Source of the DNA: Cycas panzhihuaensis
Lineage: Eukaryota > Plantae > Cycadophyta
Direction of reading: 5' to 3'
NCBI GenBank assembly: GCA_023213395.1
Contig: CM041465.1
Location: 75,275,741 to 75,339,740, forward strand
Length of the DNA: 64,000 nucleotides
In this document: positions 50,971 through 62,815 of the stretch, one piece after another
How the letters are laid out: each line of letters opens with the position of its first letter
Position numbering within the stretch: the stretch's first letter is position 1
Translations under genes and position numbers: made by a program
Notes under the pieces: model-generated
Seen by the model: the letters and a program-made list of their open reading frames with translations, nothing else
What the model was told of the DNA's origin: nothing
The model's database searches: none

Positions 50971-53900
50971 GTATAGAGAAGCAACTAGATGGTAATAATC
51001 CAAAAAATGCAAAACTGTCTGAACAATTACAGGAAAGTAATGTAGTAGTTAGAAAGTTGCAAGAGCATTCTGCAGAGCTGCAGAGGCGTTTGATTGATTT
51101 TAAATAAGGAGTTAATCAATTTTCAGAGCAACATAGCCCCAAATCAATGCAGCTGGGGGATTAGTTGGTAGAGCAGTGGGCTATGTCCAGAGTGCTTGTA
51201 GACAACTGGAAAATGTCTTGAGTGCTCGTTGTACGGTTACAATATTTGTTCAATGAGTGTAGATTGAAAAAATGTATTGAAAGAATGAGGTGAACCAGGC
51301 ATGAGAGCTTGGAAAGGAGAGGCTGCAAGGCTTTGGATTCCTTTTTTTTTGTATACTTTGAAGTTAATAAGGAACAAAGAGGTTTTGATTTAAGCTTCTT
51401 GCATAAGGTGACGTAGAGTAGTCTGATTTTGGATGTTTGTCCTTTTAAAATTATGGCTCAACAATTGGGCCTAAACTTAAAACACACATATAACAAAGAG
51501 AATAATGAGGTTCTTGATGTGAGTATGGTTCTGCTACCAAATTACTTATCAGATTTCGATCGAGGTATGGATCTACACAATGTGAGTATCACTTGAGTGA
51601 AAAGGAATATTTTAACAAATGTTAAGAACGATTGCTCTTAAAAAAGATGTAGTTATGGAATGAAATCAAACGAATGGCAAGCTAAAGTAGGACTCTACTA
51701 GGTTTGGAGGATATAACCCAAGCTAGAAGTTGGAAATACTAATGAGTAACGGTAAAAAAATTATACTTCAACCAGATTTGTATAGGCCTTTCAACGTAAA
51801 TACTTCAAATAAACCAGATCCTTCTTTCCCCCTTTTAATATATTGACAAAAATTATATAAAAAAATATCTATAAATTTGTATTTGAAACAAACTTTCAAA
51901 TATGTTGCAGGTATATGAAGAAGGGATACAAAGATTTTACAGGAATCTTTTCAAATAATAATAGTAAAACAGCTTAATGGAGCAATATACTCATATAACA
52001 GAGCTTTTTCAAATGTATCTTGTAGTAGATATATTAGAAATATATATGCAAATCTGAAAAATGTAATCGAAAAACCTGGTAGTGTAGCTGATTTGCAGAC
52101 TTGTAGCAGGTTAACCCTTACATATAAGATCTTCAAACGTTCAAGTGTATTCTTCAACAAATAGATCTGCTGCATATACTTCTTCGAATGGTTGAAAATG
52201 CCTCAAAAGTTGCTGATATGCAATTGCTATCTTTTGTAGATTGAAATATAGCTTGTAGCTTAGAAAAAGCTTTTATGAATCTGCACAAATCTTGTGAAAT
52301 AACACTGAATATACTTGTTATACCATAAGAAATAACCAAATAATGAGTGAATCTATTGAAAAATATAATAAATTTGTTGAAAACTTGTAGAAAATATGAA
52401 AATATCGATCAAGTGAGACCCAGAGATCCGAAAATATTATGTAAATGTTGTAGATCCGCCTTAGTATAGCGGATCTATAGCAAAAATATCACGATATGAA
52501 CAAATATAACAGAAAATATTGAAAACTTGTTGAAATAAGCAGATTTATAGTAAAAAATAGCAGATATAAAGTAATAAATTGTAGATCTCTGAAAAAACTT
52601 GATAACTTTTATATGCAACTGATGCTCTTTTGCAAATCTGCAAAAAATATCAAATAAGTAGATAAAAAAACTTGTAAACTGTCAAAATATATGGTCAATC
52701 TGTAAATCTGAAGAGAAAATAACTTGAATATGAGAATAAAACTTGAATGTATATAGCTTGCTGCTGAAAAATCCTTTGTAGATCTGCACAAATCTGAAAA
52801 TATATCTCAGTAATATTTGTAGAACCAGAAATATAGCTCAATAATAATCAAAATCTGCTGAAATGATATATAAAACTTGCTAAAAATTTTTAGAAAACAA
52901 ATCTAGTTAATATATATTGCTTGTAAAAAAATCTGTTGTAAAGTGCCAGTAGATCTTAGTGCTCTTCTTCAAAGCTTCAGCAGGTCAGCAATCGCCTGCT
53001 CTGATACCAAATGATGGAAAAAATATGGAGCCACAATGCTTTGATACCAAAATGAAGGAAAATATGCTTGTAAACTATGAGCCAAACTAAGCTCTGCATC
53101 AAGATTGCATCAAATACATCGATTGTATCACCATTACAATAGCATAAAACTATGAGAGCCTTGATGTTCAATCCATTGTAGTAGAATGAGTATTCCAAAT
53201 CTTCCTCAAAGTAGGTGGTGCCTAAACACACCTTGGTTGTACACCCCTTAACATTTATAGTTTGGGGGAGGAGGGAAACTCCTCAACCCCTGAATTCAAA
53301 TTAATAATAAAATAATACTAACTTAACTCAAATGAAACTAACTCAACTTACCTTAACTTACCTTGACATGTTGAGCATCACATGTCTAAATTGAGGTGCA
53401 CAATCCTGGTAGGTAAGAGGGAGTTGAGTGATGACATTACACCCAACAAATATATAGATACTTTACAAAATACCATCTTATGGTTTTATAATACAATTGA
53501 CATAAAATATAGGTTGAAAAATACCCCCCTAAGACACCCCAAAATAAATATCAAGGGCTTCCACACCTGAACCCCTACTTGGAGGGCCACTAGTCCCTTA
53601 GACCCCCCAATTGGAGGCCTTACAATAGGCCCTCAAACCACATAAAGGGGCTCAAGTGTAACACCTATAGCCATGTAACATTTATAAAGTGTTCATCATA
53701 TCCAACACATCAAGTTTCTTACATGGTATCAGAGTAGCCCTGAAGGGAGCAATCTTTGGAGGCTTCAGTACATAGTACTTCAAGATTGTTTAAAAAAACT
53801 TTATAGATCAAAGGATACTAAAGGGACCATATAGTGGAGGCTTCAAGAAGTTGTTTTTGTAATGTATATATAGTCGTATGACCTAGTACAAAACTATATA

Positions 53901-54397
53901 AATGACTAAAAATTAAAGGTCTTAGATTAAGATAAAATTTTACTAGATTAGATGCCTCACATTAGGGATCATTTTTTCTCCAAAGGTTAGACCTCAAATT
54001 CAACTTCAAGAAGTGAAAAATCTTAAAAAATTAGACAGATAGGTTTAAGGCAAATTTGTTCATTTCTTCTTAAATCTTTAGAATTTTTCATCAAATCTAG
54101 TTCCATTCTCTCCCTTTTTATCAAAGTTTTCCATTAAGTATAGATTTACAGTATTTTAGTTCTAATTTTAGAAGTTATTTGTAGATATTTATTTAAAACC
54201 CTAACTATCATTTTTCTTTCTCAAGCTGTTTTCACCCTGTCCATATCTTTGTTTGTAAAACTAAGTATAAATTTATATAGGCATTGAAAAAATTCATTTT
54301 AGAGTACACTTTGATTTTTGTTGCCCCTATACTTTTCTATATGCCCCGTATAGTCATATAGATCTATATTATCCTATTGAATAGATTTTTTTGCACT

Positions 54398-57300
54398 ATG
54401 CTAAAAATGGCCTTAATATACTCCCTAATAACATTTGATAAACTAATAGGTTTAAGCTATACTTCCTAGAGGATCAAAATAAAAAGCATTTTGTCTCTCA
54501 AGAATGACTAAAAAATTGTTGAAGAAATAGAGGTTAATTCAAGAAATACTAATGTAGCCAAACTTGTTAGCTGGAAAGAAAGGGACAAACATGCATGACC
54601 CATATCAATGAGGCTTCTACAACTTCTAAAGCCTAGAAGATTCTAGCCTCCTTATATCAACAAAAAAATAAGGCCAAAATTATCTCTTTAAGAGAACAAT
54701 TATATCATTTATAGTTAAAAGAAGAAGAGTCAATATCAAACTTAATTACTAAAACTATTGAATTCAAATAAAGTATAGCCTCTACTGATGAACCTATTCA
54801 TAATATAAAACTATTTTGACTTATTCTTAATAAATTGAATAAATATTTTAACAATCTGGCTAAGATTCTCACTATAGGTGGATAGGCAAGGAGTATGTCA
54901 TTTGATACTTTATATAGGCATCTACTGCAACAAGAATAAGGAAATAAAAGATATAAAGAAGTAGGTTAGCTTAAAGAAGCCTTTGCCACTAGGCTAAGAA
55001 TCAAAGGTAGAGGAAAAATTAGAAGTTGTTCCAGAGGAAGAGTAAGATCTTTAGAAGGTAGAATTGAAGATTCCATAACCTATTATTATTGCAGTCTTCG
55101 AAGACATCTTTCTAATAATTGCTACGAAAGGATATATGATGTTGTTCAAAAAAGTAAAAAAGAGTTAAAAGGAATTATAGTAAGGAATACTGAATAGAAG
55201 AAGAAGAAAAATAAGAAACTACTTTCATCATAGCCTTGGTATCAAATATCTGATCCAACTAAGGCTGGTATATTAACTCTAGAGCTTCACATCACATGAC
55301 TTTAAGAAAAAATTGATTTGAATCCCTATGTCCTCATCTTCTCAGTGACTCAGTTGAACTTTGGGATGACTCTACTCTAAGCATCAAAAGAAAAGGAACA
55401 ATTGTAGTAAAAATCAAAGATTAAATAAAGAAAATAAGCAATGTTCTCCTTGTTCTAAGTTTGAATAAAAACCACTTATATGTATCTCAAATGACAAAAA
55501 AAAAATTGTTTTATCTTTGATGAACATAAATATTTTATTTATGATAAAAGGCAAAACAGCCTTGTGATTGTTGAGAGAATAGAGACTAATAAGCCTTATA
55601 AGTTAGTCTCTACATATGTGGTTCAATCTTTTTTAGTTTCTAGCATTAATAATAAACTTTAGCATTCTCAGTATGGACATATTACAAATGATAGGATAGA
55701 AATGTTTAAAAAAATTGATATGGTTGATGGGCTACTAAATATTTCTTTAAAACCAGACGTATGTAAAGGATGTATGTTAGGAAAGTGATATAGATCATAG
55801 TTTTAACAAAGCACTTAAAGAGCCTAAGAGAAACTAAAATTAGTCTATAGTGACTTAAGTGGACCTATTACTCTAAATTCTATCAAAAGAGCTAGGTAAT
55901 TTTTCACCTTTATAGATTATTTCAATAGAAAGACTTGAATTTACTTTATTGCAAATAAATTAGAAGCATTTAGCACATTCAAAGAATTCAGAGCTCTTAT
56001 TGAGACAAAGAGTGACTAAAAACTTAAAATACTTGGAACAGAGAGAGGAGGAGAGTATACTTTAAATGTTTTCTACAAATACTACAAAGCACATTGCATT
56101 CACAGGTAACTCACTACAGCATACACTCCTCAATTAAATAGAGTAGCTAAAAAAAATGAATCGATCAATAACAAAGATTGCCAAATGCATGTTAAAAGAA
56201 AAAGAGGTATGAAATACATATTAAGCTAAAGTAATTAATGGCCTTATGTATCTAATAAGTAGAAGCCCTATAAAAACTCTTAAGAGACTCACTTCTAAAG
56301 AGGCCTGGTTAGGAAGAAAGGCTAAGGTGAGTCATAACATTTGGCTCTACTGCACATGTTCATATTTCAAAATAAAAAAGATCAAAATTAGATGATAAGA
56401 GCATCAAGTATATCTTAGTTGGATATAATAACAAGTCCAAGGCCTATAGATGCATGTACCAAAAAACTAATAAGACCTACATTAGTAGGGATGTAACCTT
56501 TGATGAGATATCAGAGGAAAACAATTAGGAAAACTCTCTGAAAAGGAAAATAATTTAGAAGGAAGTTATTACTAATCAAAAAACATCTCTTCAGCAACCA
56601 ATAATATCTTAAGAGGAAGGTGTTCCAGTGATAATACCTTAAGAATTAGGTGAACAATAAAGGAAAAATATTCCATCAAGTAGAAGAATACTAGAATGGT
56701 ATCTTAAGATACTAGAAGACTCAAGGGGAGAAACTTTAGAGCATCAACTAAGGCTCCAAAATCTATAAGCTTTATCATTTACTACAGAGCCCCACAACTA
56801 TGAAAAAACCTATATAAACAAAGAATAGTAAGATGCATTAGAGAAAGACTTACTTACCATAAAACAAAATAACATAGGGGAAAGAGTCTCTCCTCTTAAA
56901 GGAAAACCTATAGTCAGTTGTCAATAGGTTTTCAAAGTCAAGGAAAAACTTAATGATAGTATTGAGAAATATAAAGCTCACCTTGTACCAAAAGGATATA
57001 CTTAGACTATAAGAATTAACTATGAAGAAACATTTACTCTACAAGAAAAAATGATATTAATTTGTATTGTTATAGCCTTGACAACATAGTATGATTGAGA
57101 AATCACACAAATTGATATTAAAAGTGCCTTCTTAAATGGGGATTTAGTAGAAGAAGTATACATGGAACAACCTCTAGGATTCACAAAAAGAGAAAAGAAG
57201 AATCTTGTATGTAGGTTAAATAGGGCTCTATATAGTTTAAAATAGCCACCACCATGTGCTTGGTATGAAAAATTAGACTCCCATCTTAGAGGAAATAAAT

Positions 57301-58315
57301 TTAGTCAATGTAAGTCTGATCCAAGATTGTACTTGGATAGTAGAGGAAATGGTCCAGTCACCATAATAATAGTATATGTTGATAATTTAATTGTGATAGG
57401 TAATGATCATGAAATGATCAAGTGGGTAAGATAGAAAATAGAGGACAAATTTAATATGATAGACATTAGTCCTCTCCACTATTATTTGGAAATTAAAATA
57501 AATCAAATAAAAGATGTCATATTTATTTCATAAATAAAATATGCTAAGAATCTTCTCAAAAGATTCAACATAAAAGAATTTAAACCATGTGTAACCCCTA
57601 TGGAGACAAGTTGTATCTTAACTATTAATGAAGAAAATAAGGAAGTAAATGAAACCCTTTATCCATAATTGGTTAGAACTCTCATTTACTTAATAACTAT
57701 TAAACTTGTAATTTTATTCTCTATTGGAATGATCTCTAAATATATGAGCAAACCTAAAATATCTCATTGAAATACAGTAAACCTCATTGAGATACATTAA
57801 GGGAAGTTTAGGCTATATTAAATTATGCTAGGGCTGATAAACCTAAGTTAATTGGATACTATGATTTGAACCTGACAAATGAACAACTAGAAAGGAAGTC
57901 CACATATGGATATTGTTTTAATCTAGGTTCAATCATTATTTCTTGGAGTAGTAAGAAATAGCCTACTATAGCTATGTCCTTTATAGAAGTTGAATACAAG
58001 GTAGCAATAAGTGCAAGATGCAAAAAAGTTTGGCTAAAATAACTACTTAAGGATTTAAACCATGAATGTACAGATCCTATTCCAATCCTAGATGATAATC
58101 AAAGTGTGATCCAAATAATAAGGAACCTTGTTTTTCATGTTAGAACAAAGCATATAGAAGTTAACCATCATGTTATTATAGAAAAGATGTAAAATATGGA
58201 AATAGATTTTCAATATTGCTACAATAAGGACCAATTGACAAATATCTTTACAAAGCTTTTAACAAAGGATAAATTTTAATTCTTTAGAGAGCATTTATGA
58301 GTTAGAGACAAAGGA
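54398..58315 (+). pseudogene. pol: Decayed gag-pol of element G
   Basis: Protease WYINSRASHHMT at ~55265, integrase LVYSDLSGP at ~55840, RT DIKSAFLNGDL at ~57115 and YVDN at ~57375, RNase H RTKHIEV at ~58142. Many stops. Confidence 0.9.
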
Positions 58316-58544
58316 TAAAATATTAAATGGGGATGTTAAGTTTTAATGTTTTATTTATAATGTTTTCTTAAGAACCCCTTAACTAGGTCCATTTAGGTTA
58401 TTCTTAGAATATGTGCATCATGACGTCATTTGGTCTCTTTTCATTGGGCCACTTTTTTTACACATTATGTATAAATATACGAGATCCTCTCACAATAATC
58501 TAATGTGAAGAACTTATCTCTTGTGGTTCATCAAGTTTCTTATA

Positions 58545-59746
58545 GTTATATTGTCATAGTTTTTTAATTACCAAAGATTAGTTTGGTAAGATCTCAATAT
58601 AGTGCTCTATGATTCTGTCTCGAGAAAGTGCTAGAGGTAGGTCCTAAAATATTTTTCTATAGTTTTATAATATTTTTTCCATTTATTGGTTTATTATCTC
58701 TCAAGGGTTCTCTATGCTAGTGGATTTTTGTATTGCTACCTCCATGAGCTATCTGACATACATGTCTTGTTTTTAATAAATTTTTCATTTTGCAAATGCC
58801 AATCACCTAGGAATCTAGTGCTTTCATTCAATTTAGTGTGTATTCAATCCTATTTTTATTAAACTACATGGATCCTTCTTCCAATTTAGTATCATAAGTT
58901 TCTAAGATTTTTAGCCATTGTACTCTTAGGATTACATCAACTCTACCTATGGGTAATAAACAAAAGTCTAAGCTTAAGGTATATTCACTCTCGCTTGGTT
59001 TTAGGTTTTGTATTTCTCTATCATATAATAGAACTTTATTTCCCTTGATTGACATATTAAAATCAAAGTTTTGTTCAATATACAATCCTAATCACTTATC
59101 TTTCTAATATATGAAGTTAAGGGTGCTTCTCAAATTGATTGAAACTATGATTTTATTTTCCTCTGAAAACCCTATCATTTTCAAGTTGTCAAGTCTTTAT
59201 AAATTGGACATGGTTGCTATTGAAATTTATGGTTGTTGAGATTCTACATGGATTGCTTAGGCTCCTAAGTTTCATCTTATGAGTTTAATTCTTCTATGTC
59301 ATGTGCTACTTTTATAGTGCACAATTTCTTGCATATCTTCTTACAAAGTTTTGGTTGGTTTGGTGTCCATTTTTCATCACATTCACAGGAAAGTTTATTT
59401 TCCCTTCCTTTTTACAGTTCTTGCCATTCCATAGAAGACTACTACTCTCCTAAGAGTATTGTGGTTGCTAATCTATAATTTTGTCTTAAGAAAGGGTATG
59501 AGTTGCTCATAATTACCATGTTCACCCCAATCCATATCCCCTATGAATGTTGCATAAGTGATGATGTGGCTAAAACTAACAAAGGTAACTAAGTATGGCA
59601 ATGTGATTAATAAATCAAACTTTGTGCTAAGAACACTGGATAGAGGTGTTGTGAGAGAAAATTTACTTAAGGAGCACAACATCTATGCATGCTACAAACA
59701 CTAGACAACTTTAAGAGGGAATTTGAGAATCAACTCTAATACCACA
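58545..59746 (-). mobile_element. Element H: degenerate Ty3/gypsy (PBS, gag end, protease, start of RT), the outermost host of G
   Basis: PBS TGGTATTAGAGT at 59733-59744 next to an LTR end at 59747. ENKLSCECDEKWTP at ~59350-59410, DFCLLPIGRVDVILRVQWL in ORF 58864-59085, and LPLALSRDRIIEHYIEILP at ~58580-58640. Confidence 0.75.
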
Positions 59747-62700
59747 TGTGATAGCCCTTGCCACTATTAGGAACCACAATCAGCTAATGCCCTTTGCACA
59801 TTACTTATCTTCTTGAATATTGATCATATTAACATTCACCATGACTAGTTGACTTCCCTATGGTATAATAAATGACGTATATAAAAAAACTTCCCATAAG
59901 TAAGCATAAAGAAAAAAATAATAATAATCCTTCTAATAAATAAGTTTGAACTTAACTTAAACTAATAGGATGAAAGACCATGAACTACATAGGATACAAA
60001 CAAATTAATTAAATATTTAATTTTATCTTTGTTTTCTGAAGTATATTTGCTCTCTTGGTAAAGAAATGGAGTTCTTGCAGTTTGCTAAGGGGATTAAATC
60101 TTATAGAGACACACCATGCCATGATGGCCTTAGCAGGTTGTACATTTGTAATTATTAATACCATGGTTGGATTGATTCAAAACGAAATTGTTTTTGTTTC
60201 AAATTTTGCCTTTGATATTAAAAACGAGGAGGTGAATATTCTCAAAGGGTTTAAAAGGTGAATCGAGATATATATTTAAATGAATGTTAATTAACTCTAA
60301 TGATCATGGTAAATAATCCTAACTCTTAATTTGGTATCTAGGAAGAATTACAATACTTAAGTCAAGGTCACATGCTAAGTAAATAGTTAGTAAGGAATTT
60401 GGAATGATTAGTTAATGGTACCCATTAACCCAAAATCTCAAAATGAATTAAATCTAGTTACCAACATTAAGTTCGAGTAAATTAAAAGTTGAATAACAAG
60501 GCTTAAAGTGTAATAAGATCTTACCAAAATAGAGTCTAAATAAACATTATTATTACCATTATTTTAAAAAGGGCATTTCTCTTAATCATAAATATGTATA
60601 AAGGTATCTATTTATCTTAAAAGTAACACATTATTAACCCCCTCTAAAACCCAGCAAAGCTCACCCCAAAAACAATTTTAATCCAACCCTTCACTTTAGT
60701 AGAGTTCACAAACTTAACTAAAGAAATTTAATCCCTAATTGCAATTATATAGTATAAAGTACATGAATTTAAAAACCACAAGTTCATAGCTCCTTTAGGA
60801 ATTTGGTTTCAAGAGAGATAACACATTAACTACAATGAATTACTAAATACAAATTTTGAGAGATTTAGCTCTTTTATCTCCCCCGATCTGGGTTTAATTT
60901 TTTCAAACAAAGTAACTTAAAGGGAGAGCAATTTAACTCCAAATCCCTATATAAACACTCATGGTGGAATTTAACTTGATACTCTGTTGTAGTTCTAGTT
61001 TATAATCTTAGTTATGCATTGAATAGTGACTCTCTACCATAAATAATATTTGAGGTACAGTTAGTGCTAATGTTTTGACATAATTTTAGAATTGGAATGG
61101 CTTGCATAACTCTCTGGCTTTGGTTTGGTTATATTAATACATGTTAAGAATTGCATAGAGATTTAAATATGCTATAAATATAAATGATTTTAATTTTGGA
61201 ATATATAATGAATTTTGTGCATTCCTCTATAACCATTTTTCTGGTGCCTTTTCACACTAAATAGACCATCATTTAAGATGACTCAAACTGAGAGTTAAAA
61301 CCAAGTTTTTCCATAATCTTATTAACCAGTATTTTCATTAATATGATAATCACCTTTCATAATTATTTTCAACACAGTTTATGGCATGTTTCATCTACAT
61401 TGATTATTATTGTTAAATTCATGCTACTTGAATGCCTTTGCTCAACCCTTTTTTGGTGTTGAATAACTTGCCTTTCATGAGCCTCATGGGGTTGGGTGGA
61501 TTGGTAAGATGTGGCACTTACTAAGGAGATACCTAGGTTTGAAACCCATGAGAGCAAGTCACTTCATAGGGAAGTAGTCTAACTAGTGTCTACTACTGCA
61601 AAGAAAGTAGTTCGACTAAAGTCTATTGAGTGTGTGTTAGTTGTATGATGGTGGTGTAAGCTCCAAGCGTGGCCAGTGCAAAGGCAGTATAAAAACATGG
61701 ATCCCAAGGGTCCCCCTTCCTGCTATATATTTATGAATTTATATAGTCTTTTCACAGTGATTTGAAGCACATTTCATTCATGATACATGTATATTTTCTC
61801 AATGACTAAAGGCATTCAATGCTTGAAAATCCCCCATCTAGGAAGTGTTGATTTTCCCTTTCATTAATGTAGTAATGCGACTCAAATGCTCTTAATTTCT
61901 GTTTAGGTTTGGGCTCATTAATGTTATAAAGAGTTTAATTATTTTTTGTTTTTAATATTATCTTGGTTAATATGTGAGCTTAATCCATAAGTGGATGTTA
62001 GGTAAATAATTGATAGACAACGTATAGCAGGTTCGAGTCCCCTCAAATCCATGTTTTTAAGTATATTTTATGGAGTTTTTTAATTTACTTTTTATTTTTG
62101 TTCATAACTTTGCTTTACATTTAGATGGCCATTTATTTAGGTCAAGATTTATTATTATTTCATACCTAGTTGAGTTTTAATTAATATTTGATTAATAAAC
62201 ATGGGTAATTTTGTATTTAAATTTTGATTTTTCAAAAGAGAAAGAAGGTTGTTTATGTTTGTCATATGATGAATGTCAATTAAATGATCTATGTCAAGAT
62301 GTAAAAGAAGCATTTAAACAATGATTTCTTATGTTTAATAATTCACATTTATATTGATTTTAAAGTATATGCTTTCATATGTTTACATAATGATTTGATA
62401 AATAAATGCTATAAATGAAAGTCATTTTTATGTGTTTAATTGTTGATATTTACCTTGTTGTTTGTATAATAAAAACAATGTTTAAACTATGATTTCACTC
62501 TTTCTCTTAATGCATTATACACAAACTAAGGGGTCAAAATTTATGTATTTTTATTAATAATAAATAGCCAATTATTTTTGTACAGCAGAGCTGGTAGGTC
62601 ATTCTAACCTCTACATATAGACAAAATATAGGCTTTCATGTCATCATCTTACATATAGGATAAGGAAAATTTTATCATAAATATTTCATTATTTTTTTAG

Positions 62701-62815
62701 AATAAAACAAAGCAAGAGGGGAGGGGTTTATTACATCAATATTTAGTTTATTTTATTTGTATTTAGAATACCAGAGTTAAAAGGAAAACATGGTTTCATT
62801 TAATCACATTTCCAT

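Larger units (their letters stand above)
47375..53448 (-). mobile_element. Element C3: family C non-autonomous gag-only element with a cargo slot
   Basis: LTRs at 47375-47806 and 53012-53448. PBS TGGTATCAGAGC at 52998-53009, PPT at 47807-47819. TSD AATAT at 47370-47374 and 53449-53453. Confidence 0.95.
32706..53707 (-). mobile_element. Element B: Ty1/copia (Tnt1/Tork-like); both LTRs interrupted by family C elements
   Basis: LTRs are 32706-32943 plus 42880-43051 and 47136-47374 plus 53454-53707. Degenerate PBS at 47122-47133, PPT at ~43052-43062. Perfect TSD CATCA at 32701-32705 and 53708-53712. Confidence 0.93.
32498..58544 (+). mobile_element. Element G: old Ty1/copia whose 5' LTR is split by element B
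   Basis: 5' LTR is 32498-32705 plus 53713-53723. PBS TGGTATCAGAGT at 53724-53735, PPT at 58323-58333, 3' LTR at 58334-58544. TSD GATAT/GTTAT (4/5). Confidence 0.88.

Noticed and set aside
49720-51012. Cluster of overlapping ORFs on both strands in C3
   Set aside because: They result from stop-codon scarcity in a GC-rich, strand-skewed repetitive tract. No recognisable domain, and not conserved in C1 or C2.
51155-51182. tRNA 5'-half-like GGGGGATTAGTTGGTAGAGCAGTGGGCT
   Set aside because: No B-box, T-arm or acceptor-stem partner downstream.
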